Below are positions 23,804 to 32,000 of a DNA stretch of 32,000 nucleotides, in pieces. The DNA lies in assembly GCA_963677105.1 (NCBI GenBank), contig OY781871.1:750001-782000 (forward strand). The letters run 5' to 3'. The first letter of the stretch is position 1, and each line of letters starts with the position of its first letter. The notes beneath the pieces were generated by a model, which did no database searches, had not been told where the DNA came from, and saw only the letters and a program-made list of their open reading frames with translations. The position numbers and the translations under genes are program-made. Source of the stretch: Candidatus Saccharimonadota bacterium. GTDB lineage: Bacteria; Patescibacteriota; Gracilibacteria; UBA4473.

Positions 23804-23926
23804 GAGTAGAAAAGGCGATGATCACAACGTGATTACCTCCTTTTTTACAGTGCCACGAAGTGACATAAGGACGAGAACCTCGCAGGTTCGCATTTTTGTC
23901 CAAGAGTTTATGATTGGATACAAAAT

Positions 23927-23950
23927 TCTTCTCTTTGAAAAAGAGAAACA
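23927..23950 (-). terminator. Probable terminator after the DEAD-box helicase gene
   Basis: ttctctt-tgaaa-aagagaa hairpin. A short T-run follows on the minus strand. Confidence 0.45.
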
Positions 23951-23974
23951 TCCTCCACTCTGATCAGTAAAAAT

Positions 23975-25198
23975 CTATCTTCGTCGTCTATTTCCTCTCC
24001 ATTGTCGATTATCTTGGGGTTTTCTTTTGGGTTTCGTTGGAATAACTCCATCACGAAAATGTTCTGTGTGATAGGGATGTTCCTTGTGAATTGGAATTTC
24101 TTTGTTAATCAATTTGTGAATATCTTGCACAAATGCACATTCTTCTTTATCACAAAACGATAACGCGATTCCAGATCTTTTGGCTCGTCCCGTTCTTCCA
24201 ATACGATGTACGTATGTTTCTGGTTCATTTGGAATTTCAAAATTAATAACATGAGATAGTTCATTAATGTCAATTCCACGTGCAGCGATATCTGTTGCAA
24301 TGAGTACTTTTAAAGACTTATTTTTAAAGCTTTTTAAAGCTTTCTGTCGTGCAGCTTGTGATTTATTTCCATGAATTGCTGCAGATTCTATTCCTACGGA
24401 ATCGAGATACTTCACTAATTTATTTGCGCCATGTTTTGTTCTGGTAAACACCAAAGCAGAAGTAAGGGTTTTGTCTTCCAAAACGTGTTTCAATAAATGC
24501 TTTTTATTTCCTTTTTCTACAGTGAAAAGCTTTTGTTCTACAGTTTCGGCAGTCGATGAAGCAGGAGTGACTTCTACTCGTTTCGGATTCGTAAGAAGTG
24601 TATTTGCTAAAGTTGTGATAGCCGGAGGCATTGTTGCAGAAAAGAATAAAGATTGTCGTTTCGCAGGTAATGTAGCAATGACTTTTTTTACATCGTGAAT
24701 AAATCCCATATCGAGCATTCTATCGGCTTCATCAAGGGTAAATATTTTTAAGTTTTTTAAATTAACAATTTTTTGATTCATAAGATCAAGTAATCGTCCG
24801 GGTGTTGCCACAAGAATGTCAATTCCCGATTGGATTCGTCGTACTTGAGAATGTTGTTTTACTCCTCCAAAAATAACCGTATGGCGAATATTTGTTTCTT
24901 TTCCATAATCAGAAAAACTTTCATCTATTTGTATCGCAAGTTCGCGTGTTGGAGTTATTATAAGGGCTTTTATTCCTCGATTCCATCGTCCCGTGTTTTG
25001 TTCTTTCCACAATAATTGAAGTATTGGTATTGCAAATGCTGCAGTTTTCCCTGTTCCAGTTTGTGCGCACCCAAGTAAGTCTCGTCCCTGGAGCACAATA
25101 GGAATTGCTTGTTCTTGGATTGGAGTAGGAGTTGTATATCCTTTATTTATTACCGCTTTTAAAATTGGGGCGATGAGATTTAATTCTTCAAATTTCAT
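23975..25198 (-). CDS. DEAD-box ATP-dependent RNA helicase (RhlE-like)
   Basis: 407 aa. Q-motif region TPTPIQ, AQTGTGKT, PTRELA, DEAD (LDEADRMLDMGF), SAT, ARGIDI and HRIGRTGR. Basic C-terminal tail. Confidence 0.92.
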   Translation of the reverse strand: MKFEELNLIAPILKAVINKGYTTPTPIQEQAIPIVLQGRDLLGCAQTGTGKTAAFAIPILQLLWKEQNTGRWNRGIKALIITPTRELAIQIDESFSDYGKETNIRHTVIFGGVKQHSQVRRIQSGIDILVATPGRLLDLMNQKIVNLKNLKIFTLDEADRMLDMGFIHDVKKVIATLPAKRQSLFFSATMPPAITTLANTLLTNPKRVEVTPASSTAETVEQKLFTVEKGNKKHLLKHVLEDKTLTSALVFTRTKHGANKLVKYLDSVGIESAAIHGNKSQAARQKALKSFKNKSLKVLIATDIAARGIDINELSHVINFEIPNEPETYVHRIGRTGRAKRSGIALSFCDKEECAFVQDIHKLINKEIPIHKEHPYHTEHFRDGVIPTKPKRKPQDNRQWRGNRRRR

Positions 25199-25444
25199 AG
25201 TATCTTTTCTAATTGGCGAGAGAGTAGCGATTGTTTCAATAAAAAGCGAACTTTTTAATAAAGAAAATAAAATAGAGAATGGTCAAATGCCCAATTTATT
25301 ATTATAAAAAACAGACATGAATTCTGTATTTTCATAAAATGAAGGGTGTTTTTTTGAATTAATAGTTATTACTTGATTTAAATACATTTTTATTCGAACA
25401 TTTTGATATTGCACAAACATAAGTTTTTTACTATTTTCACTTTA

Positions 25445-26845
25445 ATGAGACAATATTGCATAGCTTTGATATTATTTACTTCTTTGTTTGGCGCTCCCTT
25501 AAGTGTTCAGGCAAATAGTTCCTTGAATTCTGAAACAAAATCTTCAGTTTATTCGAAGGGATCTTTTAATGTTTTAGTAAAAGCTATTGGAAATTGGCAA
25601 GATCTTCGACAACAAAAAACCGAAAAAAAAATTGCTCTTACTTATGAAGAGGGACTTGTTTTTCCAAGTTTGAAAGAAATAGAAAGAATAGAGGTAGAAA
25701 TGGAAAAAGAAGAAGTTAATCTTGAAAGACTTAACACGCAGTACTTAATACTAGATACACAAGAAGAACAGGATGTATTTTTGGATTCGATAAAAATAAA
25801 ACAAAATGAGCTAGATGCGTTACTTCTTGAAAAAAAAGGGTATGAGGAAACCTATGTGAAACGAAAAGAGAAACAACAAGTTAATATAAAACAGTTTAAA
25901 GAAGATTTAGAGGATCTTCAAGAAGGCATTGATAAACAGAAAAAAGTAATAGAGGTTCAACTCTCTCAAACGTTTACTTGGATTTTGTTTATAATAGGAA
26001 TCATAATCTTCCTTTTAGGACTTAAATTTATATCAACTCGAATAGTATCACACTTTTCATCAAGAATGAGTGAGCAGAGACAACAAGTTCTTCTTCGAGT
26101 GTTTCGAATAAGTTTCAATGTAGTCATTATAATTGTTTTAATAGGAACAGTTTCTTCACAATTCATGAGTCTTCTTCCATTTCTCGCTCTTTTGGGTACG
26201 GGAATTGCTTTCGCCGTTCGGGATGCACTTTCTTCTTTTCTTGCATGGTTTCTTATCGGTGGAGAGAATGGATATCGAGTAGGGAATATAATTCGTGTTG
26301 GAAAATGTTATGGGAAAGTACATGAAATAACACCCTTTTTAACTTTTCTTAAAGAAATAAAAGGCGATCATGAAACGGGAGAAATAATAACGTTTCCAAA
26401 TAATGTTGTTTTTGGGCAGGAAATTAGACATTTTTCAAGATACAATGGATTTGTAAATAAGGAGGTTTTATTCTTAATTGATGAAAACACTGATATTGAA
26501 AAAGCGAAATCACTTTTATTAGAAGTCATTCAGGAAATTATAGTTTCAGAAAGAGAGGAGTATGGGCCTCAATTAGAAAGACTTGTTAAGAATTTTTCAC
26601 TCAAAAAAGAAGAAACTCAGCCTGTAGCATGGTGTGAACAAAACGATCATGGAATAAATCTTCTTGCTCGATTTTTAACTCGTTTGGAAGAAGCTTCTTT
26701 TACAAAAAAGCAGGTAGAGGAAGAATTTATTAAAAGAGTTCAACAATCCAAGAATATTCAATTTCATTTTATTGATATTGGACGAACTCAGCATTCATTT
26801 GAGCAATTGGCGAACGAGAATGGAAACAATAAACATTTTCATTAA
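25445..26845 (+). CDS. MscS-family mechanosensitive channel protein with a long N-terminal periplasmic/coiled-coil region
   Basis: Start moved to ATG 25445 (MRQYCIALILFTSLFGAPLSVQA signal). TM helices, then GIAFAVRDALSSFLAWFLI..YRVGNIIRVG..YGKVHEITPFLTFL (MscS beta domain). Confidence 0.8.
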   Translation: MRQYCIALILFTSLFGAPLSVQANSSLNSETKSSVYSKGSFNVLVKAIGNWQDLRQQKTEKKIALTYEEGLVFPSLKEIERIEVEMEKEEVNLERLNTQYLILDTQEEQDVFLDSIKIKQNELDALLLEKKGYEETYVKRKEKQQVNIKQFKEDLEDLQEGIDKQKKVIEVQLSQTFTWILFIIGIIIFLLGLKFISTRIVSHFSSRMSEQRQQVLLRVFRISFNVVIIIVLIGTVSSQFMSLLPFLALLGTGIAFAVRDALSSFLAWFLIGGENGYRVGNIIRVGKCYGKVHEITPFLTFLKEIKGDHETGEIITFPNNVVFGQEIRHFSRYNGFVNKEVLFLIDENTDIEKAKSLLLEVIQEIIVSEREEYGPQLERLVKNFSLKKEETQPVAWCEQNDHGINLLARFLTRLEEASFTKKQVEEEFIKRVQQSKNIQFHFIDIGRTQHSFEQLANENGNNKHFH

Positions 26846-26850
26846 AATAC

Positions 26851-27912
26851 ATGAAAAAAATTCTTTCGGGATCAAAACAAAAAATAGGACAAGCTCCGGG
26901 AGTGCTTTTGTATACTGGTGATATCAAAACCGAAGAAACAAAACTTTGTCTTTGGGAATATGACGACCAAGGAGTGGAAGAGAAAGAAATCACAAATACT
27001 TTTGAACAACTGAGTATACAAAAAGAAAAGAGAAAATGGCTCCATTTTGGTGGAATTCATGATGTGGCAACTCTCAAAAAGTTTGGAGAAATGTTTTCGG
27101 TGCATGTACTTTTTTTGGAGGATGTACTTAATCCAAATCAAAGACCTAAAGTAGAGCAAATAGAAGACTCTTTTTTTGTGAGCATGAAGTTGTTATATTT
27201 AGATAATGAAGGTCAGGTTGGGTCAAGTGTAGTGAGTTTTGTGCTACTGGAGAATATTTTATTTTCTTTTTCTGAAGCGGATAAAAATGATTGGTTTCTT
27301 CCTGTAGTAAAAAGGTTGAAAGACAAACAAAAAGCGATGAGAAAAAAAAGTACCTACTATTTACTGTATGCTCTTATGGATGTTTTAGTGGATCATTCTT
27401 TAGGAGTTTTAGAAGACATTGGTGAGGAAGTTGAAATCATTGATAATAATGTTTTAATAGATGCTGACTCAAAACCACTAGACCAATTGTATAATCTTAA
27501 AAAACAATTGTTTTTTATTCGAAAGCAAACGAGTCCATTGTCAGAATTGATTCACAAAATGTCAGAAGAGATTCCAGAAAAAGAATGGAATGGGGTGAAT
27601 ATGTATTTTAATGATTTACTTGATCACATCATTCAAGTACAAGAAACTACTAAAATATACCTAGATTCAATTACAAATATTTTTGATCTTTATTTTTCAT
27701 TGACGAATGTGAAGATGAACAGGACTATTCAAATGCTTACCATTATTACTGTAGTATTTCTTCCTTTGACACTTCTTACAGGAATGTATGGGATGAATTT
27801 TCAGAATATGCCAGGACTTACTTCTCCTCAAGGATTCTGGATGATTGTAATAGCTATGCTTACTATTAGTACATGTATTCTGTTATATTTAAAGTACAAA
27901 AAATGGTTTTAA
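26851..27912 (+). CDS. corA: CorA-family magnesium/cobalt transporter
   Basis: 353 aa. C-terminal TM pair with the signature LTGMYGMNFQNMP. Starts 6 nt after the MscS-like gene. Confidence 0.9.
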   Translation: MKKILSGSKQKIGQAPGVLLYTGDIKTEETKLCLWEYDDQGVEEKEITNTFEQLSIQKEKRKWLHFGGIHDVATLKKFGEMFSVHVLFLEDVLNPNQRPKVEQIEDSFFVSMKLLYLDNEGQVGSSVVSFVLLENILFSFSEADKNDWFLPVVKRLKDKQKAMRKKSTYYLLYALMDVLVDHSLGVLEDIGEEVEIIDNNVLIDADSKPLDQLYNLKKQLFFIRKQTSPLSELIHKMSEEIPEKEWNGVNMYFNDLLDHIIQVQETTKIYLDSITNIFDLYFSLTNVKMNRTIQMLTIITVVFLPLTLLTGMYGMNFQNMPGLTSPQGFWMIVIAMLTISTCILLYLKYKKWF

Positions 27913-27940
27913 CGCCTTTTATTTTTTAATTATATATCTA

Positions 27941-28426
27941 ATGAATGAAGAACAAGACGCTACTATGGAATTCTTTATACGGAGTTCATTCTCGATATTG
28001 GTTTTCAAAATAATACTTTTACAGATTGTAATGGGAGTTTTATATTTTATTTCTCTTTCTTTACTAGATCTTGCGAACGAAGGCATAACATCTATTCGGT
28101 TAACCATTTTCTTTGTTTCACAATTGTTTCAAGTTATTATCTTGATTTTCATTTTTTTACGTTGGTTCTACACTTGTTATGAAATAAACGACAAACAAAT
28201 AACCTGTCATAAAGGAGTTATTATAAAAAACACGGAATGTTATTCCCTTGAAAAAGCAGAATCTGTGAAGATAAAACAAGGTTTATTGGGCGCCATTTTA
28301 AAATTTGGAACTTTAGAAATTAGCATCAATCACAGTGATAATCGTGATATCGTTTCTATTAAAAATATATCTAGACCCCGTCGACAGGCAAAAATTATAG
28401 AAAAGGCATTAAGAAACTTTGGATAA
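27941..28426 (+). CDS. Membrane protein with a bacterial PH (bPH_2/YdbS-like) domain
   Basis: 161 aa. Two N-terminal TM helices, then ..YEINDKQITCHKGVIIKNTECYSLEKAESVKIKQGLLGAILKFGTLEI.., typical of the membrane-flanked PH domain. Confidence 0.65.
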   Translation: MNEEQDATMEFFIRSSFSILVFKIILLQIVMGVLYFISLSLLDLANEGITSIRLTIFFVSQLFQVIILIFIFLRWFYTCYEINDKQITCHKGVIIKNTECYSLEKAESVKIKQGLLGAILKFGTLEISINHSDNRDIVSIKNISRPRRQAKIIEKALRNFG

Positions 28427-28463
28427 AAAAATAACAAGGACAAGCCATGTTTTATTTTTATGC

Positions 28464-28481
28464 TGGCTGGGGTGGAGAGAG
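28464..28481 (-). repeat. Duplicate of the 3' end of tRNA-Gln (att-like)
   Basis: tggctggggtggagagag versus 28598-28615 tggctggggtggagggac: the first 14 nt are identical, then 2 of 4. Confidence 0.8.
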
Positions 28482-28550
28482 TGCTTTGCGCCCTTGTTTC
28501 TTTCGGGTCGAACCCATTGGGTTCGCCTCTAATCCCGACAAGTCGGGAAT

Positions 28551-28583
28551 AAAATAAAAAATATCCCACATAAGGTGAGATAT
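28551..28583 (-). terminator. Terminator of tRNA-Gln
   Basis: Minus-strand hairpin atatctcac-cttat-gtgggatat followed by tttttatttt. Confidence 0.7.
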
Positions 28584-28597
28584 TCTTGATTTTTCTT

Positions 28598-28672
28598 TGG
28601 CTGGGGTGGAGGGACTCGAACCCCCGAATGCCGGAACCAAAATCCGGAGCCTTACCACTTGGCGACACCCCA
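28598..28672 (-). tRNA. tRNA-Gln(UUG): tRNA-Gln (anticodon UUG), CCA encoded
   Basis: The reverse complement reads tggggtgtcgccaagtggtaaggctccggattTTGgttccggcattcgggggttcgagtccctccaccccagcca. U1-A72 is typical of tRNA-Gln. Anticodon arm ccgga-ttTTGgt-tccgg. Confidence 0.9.
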
Positions 28673-28923
28673 TCCTTGAAGAGGACTTTATTGTAACTTC
28701 AAATTTTCACAAAATTTGTCGCACTATTGCGTCTCTTCTCGTCTTCACTTACAAGGAGGACTTCGGATTTGTTGAACGACTTCGTTTGTTACACGCACTC
28801 AGTCTATTCATCCTCAGTTACCCCTTGCTCGTGGGGTTCTAAATATTTGAAGAACGCAGAGATTCTACGGAAAAAAATCTGAGAATCAAGTTTTCTCTTC
28901 ACGAAGTCTACGCTACAATTCAT

Positions 28924-30534
28924 ATGATGAAATGTCTTAAGTTGCGAATTGAGCTAGAAGATCGAATTGCAGACGTTTTTGAAGCACTCAAACAGGCGGA
29001 TGCTGAGCAGATTTTGTTGATCTGTCCAAGGAAATGGGGAATTGCGACAGATGCTACGTTGTTAAAGAAAATGGTGGCAAGTGTGCCGGATAAAAATATT
29101 ATATTTGTTCTTTCTCAAAAATTTGCTCGTGATTTTGTTGCACATCTTGGTTTTGCAACAGTTGCAACTTGTTTAGAAGATGCAGCAGATATTCCAGAAC
29201 TCACGGTGTCAGAAGTTCTATATGGAAAAAAAGTTCCAGTTTCCGTTTCTGCAGTAGAAATGCCTGTATTTACATCTAAAAATATACCGAAAACAAGGTT
29301 TTCTATTCGACGAAGTCAGATATTTTTCTTACTTATTGTGGGAATTCTTATTATTGGAATAGTTGCATATTGGTTGCGTCCACGTGCGATTATTACTGTT
29401 AAACCACGAATTGAAGCCGTTCCGATAGTTCAAAATATAATTGTTGCATTGCCAGAAGCCGTTCCGCCCGTTATCAATAGTGATTTGCCGTTGGTTTCAG
29501 GGATTTTTGTAGAAAGCTATCAAGAGGGAACAGAGATGTTTCCAACGACAGGACGAGAATATGATATAGAAAATGCTCATGGGAAAGTGACAATTTTTAA
29601 TGAAAATACGCGTGAAAAGTTTTTTGTTCCATCTCGATTAGAATCGCCAGATGGATTGATTTTTCGTTTTGCAAAAGAAATCACAATTGCGTCAAGTGAA
29701 AACGGAATTCCGGGAGAATTAGAAGTAGAGATAGTTGCAGATCCATTTGATTCAGAAGGAAATCCGATTGGATTTCGTGGAAATATTGATGCAGGAACAG
29801 AATTACAATTTGCGGCATTACCAGAAGTTTCACGTGAATTTTGGTACGCAAAAGCAAATCGAGGACCGTTAGTTGGAGGATCAACATTGACTCATTTTTT
29901 TGTTGAAGAAGAAGATGAATTGCTCGCGGAAGATTTTTTGAAACAAAAGTTTCGAGAGAAGGCATTATTTGAATTACGTGGAGAAGTGGAACGCCGATCT
30001 CTTCGAGAAAAAGAAAAACAAGTGTTATTAGATGATGATGTCTTGGTTCAAACAAATTTTTCAGACTATGTATTCCCGAAAGATCTTATTGGAACAGAAA
30101 GACAAACGGTTCCTGTATCTGGGAAAATGAGTGTTGCGGGACTTGTGTTTTCTGAATCAGAAGTAGAGCGATTAGTCCTTTCAAAATTAGAATCAACATT
30201 GGATGATCGTCAACGATTACTAAAAATAGATAATCATTCTGCAGAATATCGAGTGTTAGATGCGACCAAATTTTTAGAAGATAAATGGGTAAAATTATCG
30301 GTAAAAATGATTGGAGTGCGAAGTTTAGATTTCGAATCATCATCGCCACAAAACCTTGCTTGGAGACGAGCATTACAAAAGGAAATATCACAAAAAAGTG
30401 TTGATGAAGCGAGAGCAGTATTAGTGAATCAGCCAGAAATTGAGCGTGTAATCAATATTCAAACTTTTCCTTCATGGAGAAAGGTCTTACCGGAAGTGTT
30501 GCAGCGCATTGAGTTACGTACAGCGTTTGATTAA
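28924..30534 (+). CDS. Conserved-looking CPR-type membrane protein (cytoplasmic N-domain, one TM, large extracytoplasmic domain); possibly the family often labelled baseplate J/gp47-like
   Basis: 536 aa. N-domain ..AEQILLICPRKWGIATDATLLKKMVASVPDKNIIFVLSQKFARDFVAHLGF... TM IFFLLIVGILIIGIVAYW, then AIITVKPRIE... The family assignment is from memory of similar Patescibacteria proteins and is low-confidence. Confidence 0.6.
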   Translation: MMKCLKLRIELEDRIADVFEALKQADAEQILLICPRKWGIATDATLLKKMVASVPDKNIIFVLSQKFARDFVAHLGFATVATCLEDAADIPELTVSEVLYGKKVPVSVSAVEMPVFTSKNIPKTRFSIRRSQIFFLLIVGILIIGIVAYWLRPRAIITVKPRIEAVPIVQNIIVALPEAVPPVINSDLPLVSGIFVESYQEGTEMFPTTGREYDIENAHGKVTIFNENTREKFFVPSRLESPDGLIFRFAKEITIASSENGIPGELEVEIVADPFDSEGNPIGFRGNIDAGTELQFAALPEVSREFWYAKANRGPLVGGSTLTHFFVEEEDELLAEDFLKQKFREKALFELRGEVERRSLREKEKQVLLDDDVLVQTNFSDYVFPKDLIGTERQTVPVSGKMSVAGLVFSESEVERLVLSKLESTLDDRQRLLKIDNHSAEYRVLDATKFLEDKWVKLSVKMIGVRSLDFESSSPQNLAWRRALQKEISQKSVDEARAVLVNQPEIERVINIQTFPSWRKVLPEVLQRIELRTAFD

Positions 30535-30576
30535 AAAGAGATTGATTTTAAATTTTAGACAACAGATAGAGAGTAG

Positions 30577-30604
30577 TTGACGAAATTATTGTTTTGAGTA
30601 CATT
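30577..30604 (+). promoter_or_regulatory. Putative promoter of the second DEAD-box helicase
   Basis: TTGACG (30577-30582), a 16-nt spacer, TACATT (30599-30604). Confidence 0.4.
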
Positions 30605-30629
30605 TGCGTCCAATTAAGACCACAATCAT

Positions 30630-32000
30630 TTGACTACAGAAATACCGTTTCACCAATTAGGACTGAGTAAAGACATTTTGAAAACCATTGAAAAGAAAGG
30701 TTTTGAGTTTGCCACTGAAATTCAAGCAAAATCAATTCCTGTAATTCTCGATGAAGAACATGATATTGTTGGAGTTGCTCAAACAGGAACGGGAAAAACA
30801 GCGGCATTTGGGCTTCCATTAATGGATCGTCTCAAGAGCCACAATCAAAATGTAAAATGTATAATTCTGACTCCAACTCGAGAGCTAGCTATACAAGTAG
30901 CAAAAGAACTTGATTCTTTTAAGGGAGAGAAACGAATAAAAACACTTCCGGTTTACGGAGGACAAGATATTTCTTCTCAAATTAGAGAGTTAAAACGAGG
31001 TGTTGATATTGTTGTTGGAACTCCAGGACGAGTTCAAGATGTAATTCGTAGAAAAGTATTAGACCTTTCTCACTTAGAATATTTTATTCTCGATGAAGCA
31101 GACGAAATGTTGAAAATGGGATTTGTTGATGAGATTGAAGCAATACTCGAAGAAACACCAAAAGAGAAACGTGTATTTTTGTATTCTGCAACAATTCCAA
31201 CACGAATCAAAGATTTATCTAAAAAGTATATGAAAAATCGGGTTATGTTGGAGGTAAAAGGGCAAAATAAGAAACGAGATAATATAGAGCAATTATTTTA
31301 TCGAGTAAGACGATCAGATAAGTTTGAGGTAATTAAAAATATTATTGCGTTAACAGACGAATTTCATGGGATAATTTTTTGTCAAACAAAAGTAATTGTA
31401 AATGAGATTTCGGATATGTTGAAAAAAGAGAAATTGGATGTGGATTGTATTCATGGAGACGTAAATCAATCTGGTCGAGAGCGAATTTTGAAAAAATTCA
31501 AAGAAAAGAGAATAAATGTTTTAGTTGCGACTGATGTGGCGGCGAGAGGAATTGACGTACATGATTTAACGCACGTGATTAATCATACGCTTCCACGAGA
31601 AATGGATAGTTATATTCATCGTATCGGACGAACTGGAAGAGCAGGAAAAAAGGGAGTTGCGATTACGTTTATTGATAATAGGGAAGAATATAAGATTAAG
31701 CGTCTTATTCAAGACACGGGAAATACGATTCTTGAAGGAGAACTCCCATCTCGATCAGCTGTTGCGTTGAAAAAAATGGAGAAATTAGTTTCTGCACTTG
31801 AAGAAATCATGACCAAGGAAGATACATCTTTTTATAAAAATGTAAGTAAACAGCTCGTTCAAGAATTTGGAGATACGGAAGTAGTTTCAGCTCTTTTATA
31901 TCAAATAAATGGTTCGGGGAAACCAGAACAGAAAAAAGAACGATATGATCATGATGAATATCGTGAGAGTCGGAATCGTCGAAGTGGAGGAGGATCGCGT
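30630..32000 (+). CDS. DEAD-box ATP-dependent RNA helicase (DeaD/CshA-like), TTG start; 3' end beyond the window
   Basis: Absent from the track because there is no stop in the window. The frame opens after TAA 30615-30617, and the first start-type codon is TTG 30630. Translation (M)TTEIPFHQLGLSKDILKTIEKKGFEFATEIQ..AQTGTGKTAAF..PTRELA..DEADEML..SAT..ARGIDV..HRIGRTGRAG.., then an RG-rich tail (RNRRSGGGSR) at the edge. Confidence 0.88.
   Translation, partial: MTTEIPFHQLGLSKDILKTIEKKGFEFATEIQAKSIPVILDEEHDIVGVAQTGTGKTAAFGLPLMDRLKSHNQNVKCIILTPTRELAIQVAKELDSFKGEKRIKTLPVYGGQDISSQIRELKRGVDIVVGTPGRVQDVIRRKVLDLSHLEYFILDEADEMLKMGFVDEIEAILEETPKEKRVFLYSATIPTRIKDLSKKYMKNRVMLEVKGQNKKRDNIEQLFYRVRRSDKFEVIKNIIALTDEFHGIIFCQTKVIVNEISDMLKKEKLDVDCIHGDVNQSGRERILKKFKEKRINVLVATDVAARGIDVHDLTHVINHTLPREMDSYIHRIGRTGRAGKKGVAITFIDNREEYKIKRLIQDTGNTILEGELPSRSAVALKKMEKLVSALEEIMTKEDTSFYKNVSKQLVQEFGDTEVVSALLYQINGSGKPEQKKERYDHDEYRESRNRRSGGGSR

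Noticed and set aside
23583-23951. 122-aa minus-strand ORF preceded by a strong SD-like aaaaaaggagg (complement of about 23836-23846).
   Set aside because: It runs antisense straight through tRNA-Pro (translating the tRNA as ..VGVRGLEPPASRS..). The SD-like run is more simply the T-tract/hairpin terminator region after the tRNA on the plus strand.
28330-28842. Track ORFs 28330..28668(-), 28458..28673(-) and 28597..28842(+).
   Set aside because: All overlap tRNA-Gln, its terminator or its duplicated 3' end. The peptide content (GLEPP.., GFES.HPSQ) is typical of translated tRNA sequence.
1-32000. Alternative genetic code (UGA recoding, as in Gracilibacteria/Absconditabacteria), given the CPR-like content.
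   Set aside because: Long conserved genes are uninterrupted under the standard code, and TGA closes infC and ackA at the expected protein ends.
1-32000. Many 60-170-aa track ORFs antisense to or nested in long genes (e.g. 1339..1524, 3682..3960, 7606..7968, 11743..12249, 13764..14132, 16253..16627, 20213..20575, 22725..23165, 29681..30055).
   Set aside because: Each lies fully inside a longer ORF with clear homology or domain logic. They are low-complexity or AT-codon artefacts with no start signals.
1-32000. Search for a defence island, DGR, retron, prophage or toxin-antitoxin module.
   Set aside because: No reverse transcriptase, nuclease/ATPase defence signatures, integrase, phage structural genes or recognisable TA families are present. 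Only the speculative small-ORF pair at 9087-9498 has a TA-like layout.

Overview
AT-rich, tightly packed bacterial chromosomal segment read with the standard code; TGA is a real stop for infC and ackA. I can support 29 protein-coding genes, three tRNAs (Ser-GGA, Pro-UGG, Gln-UUG), about ten intrinsic terminators and several sigma70-type promoters. Two genes run off the window edges and so are missing from the ORF track: a LamG-lectin secreted protein at 1-1272(-) and a TTG-initiated DEAD-box helicase at 30630-32000(+). Core content: rpe, ribE-ribD, guaA (long, eukaryote-like form), an FKBP lipoprotein, an S41 C-terminal processing peptidase, infC-rpmI-rplT, a phosphoketolase/acetate-kinase pair, an archaeal-type triosephosphate isomerase, two DEAD-box helicases, an MscS-like channel, CorA and a bPH-domain membrane protein. 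The gene content suggests a CPR/Patescibacteria-like (perhaps Peregrinibacteria-like) organism: archaeal-type TIM, Xfp+AckA, large N-terminally anchored orphan proteins and CNDGxxNGDE..DCGG cysteine motifs. This is inference only. I found no CRISPR array, transposase, integrase, reverse transcriptase or recognisable defence gene. Four things are unusual. (i) Four self-contained cassettes (8820-9548, 14707-15297, about 18600-18910, 18967-21773) have a leader hairpin, a perfect AAGGAG Shine-Dalgarno and a strong terminator, and three of them share related stacked promoter modules, while essentially every core gene here lacks an SD. They encode small orphan proteins (one a 54-aa Lys/Cys-rich peptide overlapping its upstream partner), a small lipoprotein, and a 798-aa surface protein ending in dockerin-like loops plus a T9SS/FlgD-Ig-type C-terminal domain. 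(ii) A family of TNCAAAN heptamer arrays, often joined to a GCGAAnC hairpin, lies at gene 3' ends, between ribE and ribD, and twice in-frame inside ribD. (iii) An 18-nt duplicate of the tRNA-Gln 3' end lies 134 nt downstream of the gene. (iv) infC has no canonical start codon. None of these is a demonstrated new system; the cassette set is the best candidate for follow-up.
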